Assembly: GCA_021824155.1 (NCBI GenBank)
Contig: JAKALN010000003.1
Span: forward strand, 1 to 40,111
Reading direction: 5' to 3'
DNA length: 40,111 bases
Origin: a bacterium
Lineage (GTDB): Bacteria > Patescibacteriota > Microgenomatia > Levybacterales > UBA12049
This document shows, piece after piece, positions 9,651 to 18,825 of this stretch. Position 1 is the stretch's first letter; every line of letters begins with the position of its first letter. The translations under genes were made by a program, and so were the position numbers. The notes under the pieces were generated by a model that was not told the DNA's origin, made no database searches, and worked only from the letters and a program-made list of their open reading frames with translations.

Positions 9651-9725
9651 ACTGCGGAAATTTTATGCCCATATAGATAAAAAAACTTGATATTTAACTA
9701 ACAAAAAAATTACAATACATTTACC

Positions 9726-11054
9726 ATGGAACCCACTCACTTTGAATCTATGTATCCGGAAAACACAAGAGCTCCGGAAATTGATAAACTTTTACAATTC
9801 GTAAAAGAAGGAAATTCCTGTCAGCTTATCGGGATTCCGGGAGCCGGACGCTCTAATGTTTTAGGGCTTTTGGCCTACAACAAAAACGTCCGGTTAAAAC
9901 ACCTGGGAGAAAACCAGAAATGGTTCCACTTTGTACTTTTAAATTTTTCAGAAATAAGAAATAAACCTCTTTTGGAAGCTACCAAATTCATATTTTTAGG
10001 ACTTTTAGATTCTTTACGGGAAAGGCAGATGAATAAAGAATATGAAACGGTAAATAAGATTTTTAAAGAAAGCGTAGTGATAAATGACGCGCTGGTTTTA
10101 TTCCAAGGGCTAAAAAAAACTGTTGATTTTTTGGCGATAGAAAATGAACTTACAATAGTTTTTTTATTTGACAGGTTTGAAGAATACGTTTCCTCTCTTA
10201 CTCCTGATTTTTTTGCAAATCTTAGAATTTTAAGGAACAGGGCAAAATACAGATTTTCTGTTGTATTTGCAGTGTCAAGGCCGGTAGAAGATGTTTTAGA
10301 ACCCGCTTTTTTTGCGGATTTTTATGAATTTATGGCCGGAAAAACTGTTTACATGTCAATCTATGACAAACCCGGGCTTGATTTTAGAATTTCATATCTT
10401 GAAAAAATAACAGGCAAAAAAATTAAAAGCGGAGTGCTTGAAAAGGTTATTTTTCTTTCGGGAGGCCACGGAAATTTAACGCGTCACTGTCTGGAAGCTG
10501 TCTTGGCAGAAAACCAAAAAGTAAAAGGAGACTTGAACGAATTTCTTTTAAAACAAAAGCCTGTCAGAAGCGCGCTTTTTGGAATTTGGAATGCGTTAAA
10601 CCCTTACGAGCAAAATAAGCTTTCTTTACTTAATTTTGAAGGTTCGGATATTTCTTATCTGGAAAACATCGGTTTAATAAAAAACGGTAAATTAACAATT
10701 CCTCTTTTAAAAGATTATATAAAAGAAAGCGCAAGAATACGCTCGGAAAACACAGGTCAAATAGTTTTTGATCAAAATACAAATCAGATTAAAAAAGGTG
10801 AGGTAGTTTTTTCCGATAAACTGACCTCTTCCGAATTCAAACTTTTAAAATTTCTTATAGCAACGGGCGGAAAAGTCGTTGACCGGGAAGAAATTATAAA
10901 TGCGGTTTGGGGAGAAATGCAGTCAACTGCAGGAGTAACAGACCAGGCCCTGGACCAGCTTATCTTTAGGCTCAGAAAAAAAATTGAGAATGATCCCAAC
11001 GTTCCAAAACATATTCATGCAATAAAAGGAAGGGGTTTTAGGTTTGAACCCTAG
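9726..11054 (+). CDS. P-loop (AAA/STAND-like) domain plus C-terminal OmpR/PhoB-type winged-helix transcriptional regulator
   Basis: Walker A-like GIPGAGRS and Walker B-like IVFLFDRFE. C-terminal LTSSEFKLLKFL...REEIINAVWG...ALDQLIFRLRKKIENDP...IHAIKGRGFRF (Trans_reg_C). Confidence 0.85.
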   Translation: MEPTHFESMYPENTRAPEIDKLLQFVKEGNSCQLIGIPGAGRSNVLGLLAYNKNVRLKHLGENQKWFHFVLLNFSEIRNKPLLEATKFIFLGLLDSLRERQMNKEYETVNKIFKESVVINDALVLFQGLKKTVDFLAIENELTIVFLFDRFEEYVSSLTPDFFANLRILRNRAKYRFSVVFAVSRPVEDVLEPAFFADFYEFMAGKTVYMSIYDKPGLDFRISYLEKITGKKIKSGVLEKVIFLSGGHGNLTRHCLEAVLAENQKVKGDLNEFLLKQKPVRSALFGIWNALNPYEQNKLSLLNFEGSDISYLENIGLIKNGKLTIPLLKDYIKESARIRSENTGQIVFDQNTNQIKKGEVVFSDKLTSSEFKLLKFLIATGGKVVDREEIINAVWGEMQSTAGVTDQALDQLIFRLRKKIENDPNVPKHIHAIKGRGFRFEP

Positions 11055-11092
11055 ATATTGCATTTAATTTATTCTTAGATTACGATTAGTTT

Positions 11093-12247
11093 ATGAGTAA
11101 AAAAATTCTAAGTATTTTTCTTGGAATAATTATTCTGTTTTCTTTTCCTTTTGTCTCTTCATTATCCGTGGCAAATGCAGATTTTCTCTGTTCGGTTTCT
11201 CCTTCAAGCATAAGTAACACCAAAAATCCTGTTACTTTTACTGTTGATAGCCACGGAAACCTTGCGGGCGGCAAATATTATGTTTCTGCCGGCTCGGCAA
11301 AAATAGGAGCAAACCGCGCTAGTATTGGAACCTTGTTTGACGCATCCGGCGGAAAAATAACCGTAACCGTTTCAAGAACTTATGATGTAGGAACTTGGCA
11401 GGTTGGAGTTTATCCTCAATATGATTCAGGGCATAATCTGTGTCAAAATGCCTCTTTTAGCGTATACGGTTCAAGTTCGGGCGGCAACACATGCGCCCTT
11501 AGCTTTACAAAACCAGATCCGTTTAACCCCAAACCATCGGACTACATAGCCGCTAAAATAACAAACCTTAGCGGCAATTTTGCTTCCGACGGACCGGATG
11601 CCCTATACCATACATACATCAGAGAAAATAATAACGATGGCGCTACTGTTTGGGACGGCTGTATAAAGAAAAGCAATTTTACAGATCCGAACGGATTTGG
11701 TTTTGGATATCTTTCAACGGGAAAATATTATATCCAGGTAAATGATAAGTGCGGAGGAGGATTCCTTTTTATAAACGCGGAAAATCAGGCATGTTATTCT
11801 TCTTTTTTTGTTGACCCAAGCGGAGGAGGAATAGGGCAAAGCGGAAGTCCGGATAACCCCGCTCCAAACACTCCGTGCCTTAACCACGACAAAAATGGCG
11901 CTTGCCTTTCGGTTGCCACAGGCCTTGGCGTTGACATAGGAACAAACCCTGCTAGTATAACCAGCTCGCTTTTTGGAATAATTCTGGGTATTTCAGGAGC
12001 AATTGCCCTGATCTTAATTATGATATCCGGATATCGAATCCTTGTCTCCCAAGGAAACCCGGAGGCTTTAAAAGGGGCAAGAGAACAGCTTACAGCTGCG
12101 ATTGTCGGGCTTTTGTTTATACTCTTGTCCATTGTGGTATTACAAATAATTGGAATAAATATTCTGCACCTGCCGGGATTTAGCGGCGGAGGAGGAGGTT
12201 CTGGCACATTTTTCCCCAACGGCAAAAACGGGATTGGAGTGCAATAA
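11093..12247 (+). CDS. Large pilin: secreted Cys/Gly-rich beta domain fused to a C-terminal VirB2/TrbC-type pilin domain
   Basis: Signal peptide, Cys-containing extracellular region, then GIILGISGAIALILIMISGYRILVSQGNPEALKGAREQLTAAIVGLLFIL. Promoter TTGCAT-17-TACGAT lies 6 nt before the ATG. Confidence 0.8.
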   Translation: MSKKILSIFLGIIILFSFPFVSSLSVANADFLCSVSPSSISNTKNPVTFTVDSHGNLAGGKYYVSAGSAKIGANRASIGTLFDASGGKITVTVSRTYDVGTWQVGVYPQYDSGHNLCQNASFSVYGSSSGGNTCALSFTKPDPFNPKPSDYIAAKITNLSGNFASDGPDALYHTYIRENNNDGATVWDGCIKKSNFTDPNGFGFGYLSTGKYYIQVNDKCGGGFLFINAENQACYSSFFVDPSGGGIGQSGSPDNPAPNTPCLNHDKNGACLSVATGLGVDIGTNPASITSSLFGIILGISGAIALILIMISGYRILVSQGNPEALKGAREQLTAAIVGLLFILLSIVVLQIIGINILHLPGFSGGGGGSGTFFPNGKNGIGVQ

Positions 12248-12251
12248 AATT

Positions 12252-12593
12252 ATGAAGGAATTAGCATTAAGTCTTCCCGGCGGATATTCCATTTCCCCTC
12301 CGGGCGGTATCCCGCAAAACGGGATGACAAGCGGAGAGAATCTGCTTCAGGCAGCGCTTACTATTACCTTTACCATAGCCATTGCTCTGTTTATTGCTTT
12401 TATAGTTTACTCCGGAATACAGTGGGCAATATCCGGAGGAGACAAACAAAAGCTTCAGCAGGCACGAAGCAGAATCACCTTTTCCATAATCGGGCTTATT
12501 GTGGTATTGGCAGCTTTTTTTATAGTGCGTATTGTCTTTACCGTCTTGGGCGGTTCGGGAACTCCTGGGCTTTTCTTCCCCAACACCCCTTGA
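12252..12593 (+). CDS. VirB2/TrbC-family pilin
   Basis: IVYSGIQWAISGGDKQKLQQARSRITFSIIGLIVVL; start at ATG 12252. Confidence 0.85.
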   Translation: MKELALSLPGGYSISPPGGIPQNGMTSGENLLQAALTITFTIAIALFIAFIVYSGIQWAISGGDKQKLQQARSRITFSIIGLIVVLAAFFIVRIVFTVLGGSGTPGLFFPNTP

Positions 12594-12618
12594 CAAATCA
12601 ATAAAAACACTATATTCT
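12590..12618 (+). promoter_or_regulatory. Sigma70-type promoter for the third pilin
   Basis: TTGACA (12590-12595), 17 nt, TATTCT (12613-12618). Confidence 0.65.
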
Positions 12619-12632
12619 CAGAATAGACAGCT

Positions 12633-13046
12633 ATGAAAAGAAGTCTTGGAATTATAACAGGTTTTGGATTTTACTTAGCAAACTTAACTTCAGCATATGC
12701 GGTCGGCGGAATAGGCGAAACCGTGCCTCTTCAAACACCAACCGGCTCAATAGGCAACATTCCCCTGCAAAACATCCCCCAATTTATCATTACTCTTCTT
12801 TTTATAATAGGCGTTCTTGTTGCTGTTGCTTTTCTAATTTATGGCGGAATTAAATGGATACTTTCAGGCGGAGACAAAGCAGCCGTAGATGCCGCAAGAA
12901 AACATATTGTTGCCGCAATAATCGGTCTTGTTATAGTAGCCGGAGCATTCTTTATATTAAACGTTGTCTTTACTGTTCTTGGAGTAAGCAATCCTTTGTC
13001 CGGAGGCAAATTCTGCATTCCAAGCCTTACCAGCCCCACCTGCTAA
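12633..13046 (+). CDS. VirB2/TrbC-family pilin
   Basis: Signal peptide ending AYA; FLIYGGIKWILSGGDKAAVDAARKHIVAAIIGLVIV; C-terminal Cys pair. Confidence 0.88.
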   Translation: MKRSLGIITGFGFYLANLTSAYAVGGIGETVPLQTPTGSIGNIPLQNIPQFIITLLFIIGVLVAVAFLIYGGIKWILSGGDKAAVDAARKHIVAAIIGLVIVAGAFFILNVVFTVLGVSNPLSGGKFCIPSLTSPTC

Positions 13047-13051
13047 TCCTC

Positions 13052-13080
13052 TTGTCTTTTGTTTTCTTATTTGTTACGCT
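13052..13080 (+). promoter_or_regulatory. Extended -10 promoter (leaderless) for the fourth pilin
   Basis: TTGTCT (13052-13057), 17 nt, TACGCT (13075-13080) preceded by TG-n; ATG follows 6 nt later. Confidence 0.65.
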
Positions 13081-13086
13081 AATTTT

Positions 13087-13401
13087 ATGATTGATTGGGG
13101 TTCATGCGTACAGGGAGCGGATAGCGTTGCTACTCTTCAGTGCCTTCCCGTTGTATTTAGTAATATTATTTTTTGGATAGGCGGACTTGCCGCCATAACA
13201 ACAGTTTTTTTTGTAATATTTTCCGGAATAAAGTTTCTAAACTCAGGGGGCGACCCAAAACAGGTCGAGGGAGCAAGAAAAACCCTTACGTTTGCGATAA
13301 TAGGCTTTGTTATAATTTTGCTCTCTTTTACTATAATAAAAGCTATTGCAGCTTTTACAGGAACCCAATGTGTTACCCCTTTTCTAAAGTTTCAGTGTTG
13401 A
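13087..13401 (+). CDS. VirB2/TrbC-family pilin
   Basis: CVQGADSVATLQCL...VIFSGIKFLNSGGDPKQVEGARKTLTFAIIGFVIIL. Confidence 0.88.
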   Translation: MIDWGSCVQGADSVATLQCLPVVFSNIIFWIGGLAAITTVFFVIFSGIKFLNSGGDPKQVEGARKTLTFAIIGFVIILLSFTIIKAIAAFTGTQCVTPFLKFQC

Positions 13402-13489
13402 TTTTTCACGGATAGCCTCATTCTTAATATTTTTTGACATAGTTTGATAATCTTGAAACGTAATTTTTCACGTTATACACTCGTTTTAT

Positions 13490-14719
13490 ATGGAAAATCA
13501 CCCTATTCCCCAAGATATAACCGGTTTTCAGTTTAAACTTATAGGCGACATGACCGTAAAACAATTTGCATATCTTGCCGGCGGAATAGTTCTTGCCTGG
13601 GTTTTTTTCGCAAGCCCGCTTTTTGTAATCATAAAACTTCCTCTTGCCGCTTTGTCTGCTTTTTTGGGAGTAGGGCTTGCCTTTTTTCCTATTGAGGGAC
13701 GTCCGATGGATTTAATGTTCACAAACTTTGTGAAAGCTATTGTATCCCCAACTCAGTTTATTTATCAAAAAACAGGAGGGCATCTTTGGGTACAAACCCC
13801 TCAAATAAAAAATCCTAACGCAAAATTCGTCCCCCAGAAAGAAACAACCGCTTTGTCCGGAGAAGAGCTTAAAGAGTATCTGCGCACGCTGCCCAAGAGA
13901 CCAAAAAATCAACTGGATCAAAAAGAGATGGTGTTTTTTGAATCACTGGCCAACATGTATAACAAAGGGCAGGCACAGCAGCCGGCTCCAATTCCGGAAG
14001 CTGTAACGCCGCATGTCTTTGCCAACCTGGTGCCGGCCAAACAGCAAATAACCTCAGAACCGGTAAAAAAAGAGCCCGCTCAAGCACCCTCCGACAAAGA
14101 AGCCTCTCTGCAAAAAGAAGCTTTGGTCTTGGAGCAACAGTTGGAAGCGGCAAAAGCTTTGGAAGCGGCAAGAGCCGGCTCGCAGGAATACAACGAAGCA
14201 CACAGAAAAGTATTGGAGCTTGAAAGCATGCTTTCCGAAACTGCAAGTCAAAAACAAGAACTGGAAAAACAAATTGCCCTTTTGCAAAAACAGCTTTCAA
14301 CAGAACACAAACAAGTTTATACTCCTTCCATGGCAAAGGAGCCAATAAAAGAAACCAGAAATGTCAGAAGTATTCCACAGGGACTTGGAAAAAGTATAGG
14401 CCTTCCCATAGCTCCGGAGTTTCCAAACATAATAACCGGGATAGTTAAAGACCCGAGAGGAAACCCTTTACAAAATATCCTGGTAGAGGTTAAAGATGCA
14501 GACGGAAATCCCGTAAGGGCATTTAAAACTAACCCCCTTGGACAATTTGCTTCTGCAACTCCTATAGCAAACGGCACATACACAATAGAATTTGAAGACT
14601 CAAAAGGAGAGAACAAGTTCGATGTCATAGAATTCAGCGCAACAGGACAAATAATACTGCCCATAGAGATTATATCCGTTGACACAAGAGAAGAATTAAG
14701 GAGGTCTCTTTTTAATTAA
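13490..14719 (+). CDS. PrgI-family (VirB3-like) protein with a coiled coil and a C-terminal carboxypeptidase-regulatory-like beta domain
   Basis: HPIPQDITGFQFKLIGDMTVKQFAYL plus 2 TM and IEGRPMD; central coiled coil; C-terminal ITGIVKDPRGNPLQNILVEV...TNPLGQF. Confidence 0.85.
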   Translation: MENHPIPQDITGFQFKLIGDMTVKQFAYLAGGIVLAWVFFASPLFVIIKLPLAALSAFLGVGLAFFPIEGRPMDLMFTNFVKAIVSPTQFIYQKTGGHLWVQTPQIKNPNAKFVPQKETTALSGEELKEYLRTLPKRPKNQLDQKEMVFFESLANMYNKGQAQQPAPIPEAVTPHVFANLVPAKQQITSEPVKKEPAQAPSDKEASLQKEALVLEQQLEAAKALEAARAGSQEYNEAHRKVLELESMLSETASQKQELEKQIALLQKQLSTEHKQVYTPSMAKEPIKETRNVRSIPQGLGKSIGLPIAPEFPNIITGIVKDPRGNPLQNILVEVKDADGNPVRAFKTNPLGQFASATPIANGTYTIEFEDSKGENKFDVIEFSATGQIILPIEIISVDTREELRRSLFN

Positions 14720-15388
14720 ATGGCTAAATCTGCCCGAAAAATCAACGCAACGACACAAAGATTTACCGAAATACAAGATATAGTCGACGATGTTGTAATC
14801 TTATCCGGAGGAAGCGCGTGCCTTGTAATCGAGGTAACGGCCACAAACTTTGCCCTCCTTTCCGCAGAAGAGCAGGATTCCAAAATCTATTCTTACGCGG
14901 CATTATTAAACTCGCTTTCTTTTCCTATTCAAATATTAATAAGGAGTAAAAAACTGGATATATCGTCTTATTTAAAGCTTTTGGATAATGAATCAAAAAA
15001 AACCCAAAACCAAATGCTTGCCGAGCAAATAAGGCTTTACAGAGACTTCGTACAGGAATTGGTAAAAGTTAATACTGTTTTGGATAAAAAATTCTATATT
15101 TCTATTCCCTTCTCTTTCCTTGAAAAAGGAGCTGGAGCTGCGGCAACTACTGTTAACAAAAAAAGCTTTGACGCTTCTTCTATTGCCCAAACGGCAAAGT
15201 CCGCTCTTCATTCAAAGGCCGAATCTCTTCACTCCCAGTTGTCAAGATTAAATTTAAGGGCAAGGACCCTTGAGAAAGAGGAGTTGGTTAAGCTTTTTTA
15301 TGAAATCTATAACGATAATATTATTGAAACAGGGCAAGCGGGAGACAACATTAACGCACCTGTAGTCAAAAGCAGGGAAAATGTATGA
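14720..15388 (+). CDS. VirB4 partner protein (resembles the VirB4/TraC N-terminal region)
   Basis: TQRFTEIQDIVDDVVIL...NFALLSAEEQ...LLNSLSFPIQILIRS; overlaps virB4 with ATGA. Confidence 0.75.
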   Translation: MAKSARKINATTQRFTEIQDIVDDVVILSGGSACLVIEVTATNFALLSAEEQDSKIYSYAALLNSLSFPIQILIRSKKLDISSYLKLLDNESKKTQNQMLAEQIRLYRDFVQELVKVNTVLDKKFYISIPFSFLEKGAGAAATTVNKKSFDASSIAQTAKSALHSKAESLHSQLSRLNLRARTLEKEELVKLFYEIYNDNIIETGQAGDNINAPVVKSRENV

Positions 15389-17334
15389 AATTATTTGATA
15401 AAAAAAATAAAAAAACACAAGCTCCGCAAGCCGTAAAACAAACGGGAACCCCCGCCGCAATAGGCTCTCTTGAAAAAGGAATGGTTTCCCTTACGGATGT
15501 AATAGCTCCTTCCTCTATAGAGGTTGATTTTCATTTTATAAGAATCGGGGAAAATTTTTATAAAACCTCTTTTGTTGTTGGATACCCTCGCTTTGTTTCT
15601 CCAAACTGGCTCCAGCCTTTAATTGATTTTGACCACTCCATGAATATTTCTATGTTTATTTATCCAACATCCTCCCCGGACGTACTGTCTGATTTAAGGA
15701 GAAAAATTGCAGAGATGGAAGCAACAATATCTTCTCAGGTTGAGGAGGGTCAGCTTGTTGATCCTAAAGTAAAGGCTTCTTTAGACGATGCTTTGGCTGT
15801 GCAGGAGGAGCTTGCAAAAGGCGTTGAAAGATTTTTTCAGTTTAGCCTTTACGTAACTTTGTCTGCGGAAAACGTCAAAGAGCTTGATGACGCATCAAAA
15901 AGACTGAACACAACGCTTGGCTCCATCCTTATGCTTTCTAAAACAGCTACTCTCCAAATGGAAGACGGATTTAAATCAAGCATACCGCTTGCCCAAGACA
16001 GGCTTTTTATTACAAGAAATATGGATACAACTTCGCTTGCTTCAACTTTTCCTTTTACATCCGCAACCCTTGCCCAAGATAAGGGGGTAATGTATGGAAT
16101 AAACGAACAAAACGGTTCTTTGATAATTTTTGACCGGTATTCTCTTGAAAACGCCAACGAGGTTGTTTTGGGAAAATCCGGGGCGGGAAAGTCATATCTT
16201 ATTAAGCTTGAGGCAATGAGGCAATTTATGTTTGGAACAGAAGTAATAATAATAGACCCTGAGGGGGAATATGAAAGCCTAACAAAGACCATGGGCGGGG
16301 AACACGTTTCATTTACCCCATCGGATCCTGTAAGGATAAATCCTTTTGATATGTCCGGCCTTTACGAAGAGGGAGAAAATGAGCTTGGGCTTAAAATCTT
16401 ATCCCTGCACGGACTCTTAAGGATTATTATGGGCGACCTGGATGCCTCACATGATGCAATTTTAGACAGGGCGCTTGTTGAAACGTACAGACAAAAAGGT
16501 ATAACGGCCGACCCGGCAACCCAAAAAAACCAGCCGCCTTTAATGGAAGATTTATATAAAGTGCTTCTTGGAATGGAAGACCCTTCCGCAAGAGAGCTTG
16601 CTCTAAGACTTGAGAAATTTATTAAAGGAAGTTTAAGCGGAATATTTAACCAACAATCAAACTTTGACATTAAAAATCCCCTTACGGTGTTTAATATTAA
16701 GGCCCTTGAGGAAGAATTAAGGCCTGTTGCGATGCATATAGTGTTAGACTTTGTTTGGACAAGGGTAAGAAAGACCCTAAAAAAAAGGCTTCTTATCCTT
16801 GACGAGGCGTGGTATGTAATGAAATACCCCGATTCCGCATCTTTTGTATATAGCGTAGCTAAAAGGTCAAGGAAGTACTATCTTGCCTTAACAACAGCAA
16901 CTCAAGACGTGCAGGATTTCCTTTCTACCGATTACGGAAAAGCAATCTTGTCCAATTCCTCAATTCAGATGCTTTTAAAGCAAAGCCCCTCCGAGGTTGA
17001 CCTGGTTTCGCAAATATTTTACCTTTCCCAGGGAGAAAAAGAACTTTTGCTTTCGGCAGACATCGGTGAGGGATTGTTTTTCGCAGGACAAAGTCACGTT
17101 GCAATAAAAGTAATTGCCGCTCCTTTTGAACACACCCTGATAACATCAAACCCCCAAGAAATCCTAAAAATGCAGGAAGACGCTGTAGTGCCCCAAACCC
17201 CCGACATAACACTGCCAGAGCCCCCTACAGTGACACAAGATACTGTAGCAACACAAAGCGCTCCCTCGCCAACCGAACCGGTTTCTCCACTGCATAATAA
17301 CCCCGGTCAAACAGAGATTCAGAAACCTACTTAG
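15385..17334 (+). CDS. virB4: VirB4-like type IV secretion ATPase
   Basis: Walker A GKSGAGKS, IIDPEGEY, INPFD, Walker B LLILDEAW, KRSRKY...ATQDVQDF. Confidence 0.92.
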   Translation: MKLFDKKNKKTQAPQAVKQTGTPAAIGSLEKGMVSLTDVIAPSSIEVDFHFIRIGENFYKTSFVVGYPRFVSPNWLQPLIDFDHSMNISMFIYPTSSPDVLSDLRRKIAEMEATISSQVEEGQLVDPKVKASLDDALAVQEELAKGVERFFQFSLYVTLSAENVKELDDASKRLNTTLGSILMLSKTATLQMEDGFKSSIPLAQDRLFITRNMDTTSLASTFPFTSATLAQDKGVMYGINEQNGSLIIFDRYSLENANEVVLGKSGAGKSYLIKLEAMRQFMFGTEVIIIDPEGEYESLTKTMGGEHVSFTPSDPVRINPFDMSGLYEEGENELGLKILSLHGLLRIIMGDLDASHDAILDRALVETYRQKGITADPATQKNQPPLMEDLYKVLLGMEDPSARELALRLEKFIKGSLSGIFNQQSNFDIKNPLTVFNIKALEEELRPVAMHIVLDFVWTRVRKTLKKRLLILDEAWYVMKYPDSASFVYSVAKRSRKYYLALTTATQDVQDFLSTDYGKAILSNSSIQMLLKQSPSEVDLVSQIFYLSQGEKELLLSADIGEGLFFAGQSHVAIKVIAAPFEHTLITSNPQEILKMQEDAVVPQTPDITLPEPPTVTQDTVATQSAPSPTEPVSPLHNNPGQTEIQKPT

Positions 17335-17352
17335 TTTTGTTATTATTAGTTT

Positions 17353-18369
17353 ATGGACCAAAATCAAGACCAGGAAGAGCGCAAAAAAGAAGGGCCGCTT
17401 ACCCGCTCTATCAACACAGTTAATAGAGGCAGAGACTATTTAAGGTATGGTAAACAACTAAGAAATTTGGCTAGGGTCGGCCGGGCCGCGCAGGGAGCTG
17501 AAGCAGCGGGAGAAGGGATAATGGCTGCTGCGGGAGCAGGAGAAGGGGCTGCGGCATTAGCCGGCGGAGCGGGAGCCGCAGGCAGCGCAGGAGCCGCTGC
17601 GGGAGCAGGAGCAGCAGGTGGTGCGGTGGCCGCCGGAGGCGCTGCTGCTGCAGGAGGGGCAGCTACCGCGCCCGCATGGATCCCAGTTGCTGCTGTTTTG
17701 GGAGTGTGTTTGGTTGTAGTTATTATTGTTGTTGTTTTTTTCGGAGGCGCTCCGACGGCTAATGGAGGCGACCTAAACACACCCGCCCCGACAGAATCAG
17801 CAAGCCCTTCCCCGTCCGGCCAATTCCCAAACAACATCACCAACTGGGCAAAACAAATAAGCGATAAGATTGAACCCTTTTATCCGCCCTGTGGAAATAT
17901 TTTTATGAATAATGTTATGCTGCAAACCGTAACAAATGGTACATACACCGCGCACAAAAAACCAGGCTCATCTTGCGGAATAGCCGCAAGTACTTATTAC
18001 TGTTCGGATTTAATAATAGATTCTTATAATCTTTCGGGGGTTAAAGTGGGTTTTTGGGAATGGGTTCCTAATATGATTAGCGGCTGGTCATCTGTCCCGG
18101 GATTAAGCGTTAGAAAAACCAACAACGTTAACGGGCTACAACCCGGGGACGCTGTTTTTTGGCTTACTAACGCCAATAATTATGGTTCTGCGCAACACGT
18201 TGACATGATATACAATATTGACGTCGGCCAAAGCGGAAACGGCACTGTTACCACAATAGATGCAAACACTAACAATAAATTTAATACGTTTTATGTTAAG
18301 AATTGGGGTATAATTGGAATCTGGACAGACGGAGCAAATAGCCCGTGGTTTGGGCTGGCGCCAAGATGA
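17353..18369 (+). CDS. Membrane-anchored CHAP/NlpC-like peptidoglycan hydrolase (VirB1 analogue) with a Gly/Ala-rich N-terminus
   Basis: Long G/A tract, TM helix, Pro linker, then YYCSDLI...LQPGDAVFW...QHVDMI...TIDAN (Cys/His catalytic pattern). Confidence 0.72.
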   Translation: MDQNQDQEERKKEGPLTRSINTVNRGRDYLRYGKQLRNLARVGRAAQGAEAAGEGIMAAAGAGEGAAALAGGAGAAGSAGAAAGAGAAGGAVAAGGAAAAGGAATAPAWIPVAAVLGVCLVVVIIVVVFFGGAPTANGGDLNTPAPTESASPSPSGQFPNNITNWAKQISDKIEPFYPPCGNIFMNNVMLQTVTNGTYTAHKKPGSSCGIAASTYYCSDLIIDSYNLSGVKVGFWEWVPNMISGWSSVPGLSVRKTNNVNGLQPGDAVFWLTNANNYGSAQHVDMIYNIDVGQSGNGTVTTIDANTNNKFNTFYVKNWGIIGIWTDGANSPWFGLAPR

Positions 18370-18821
18370 ATAATGTTTTTTTAATTCTTGCTAAAAAATA
18401 TTTTGTGTTTATTGCTTTTGGGCTTTTCTTATTAGCTTTGTTTATTTTGGCTTTTTTACCAAAAAATAAACCACCTGCAACGCAAATAGCCCCTTCGCCA
18501 ACCGTCCAACCAATAATAAACCCAGGACAATCACAATCGGAAAAACAAGGACAAGCCGACTATCAATACAATAAGGCTATTAACGATTTTTATTCCTCAC
18601 ATCCATGGTACAATAAAATTCCTCCAAAAAATAATGATTATTTTATCGGGTACGATGCTTCAACAAGTAGTTTTTTTGTTGAGCTTTATCCAAAAACAAC
18701 ATCTGGTGTTTCTGTTAACGATCAGGTCGCACGGCTAAAAAACGAGGTTATCCAAACTCTTAATTTGATTGGGGTTGACACATCTTCTTATAAAATAGAT
18801 TGGTTGGTATACCCTCAATAA
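18366..18821 (+). CDS. Bitopic membrane protein, last gene of the T4SS cluster
   Basis: ATG 18366 overlaps the upstream TGA; N-terminal TM, Pro/Gln linker, small soluble domain. Confidence 0.7.
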   Translation: MNNVFLILAKKYFVFIAFGLFLLALFILAFLPKNKPPATQIAPSPTVQPIINPGQSQSEKQGQADYQYNKAINDFYSSHPWYNKIPPKNNDYFIGYDASTSSFFVELYPKTTSGVSVNDQVARLKNEVIQTLNLIGVDTSSYKIDWLVYPQ

Positions 18822-18825
18822 ACCA

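Noticed and set aside
17436..17843. Pro/Ala-rich minus-strand ORF
   Set aside because: It is the antisense reading of the Gly/Ala tract of 17353-18369.
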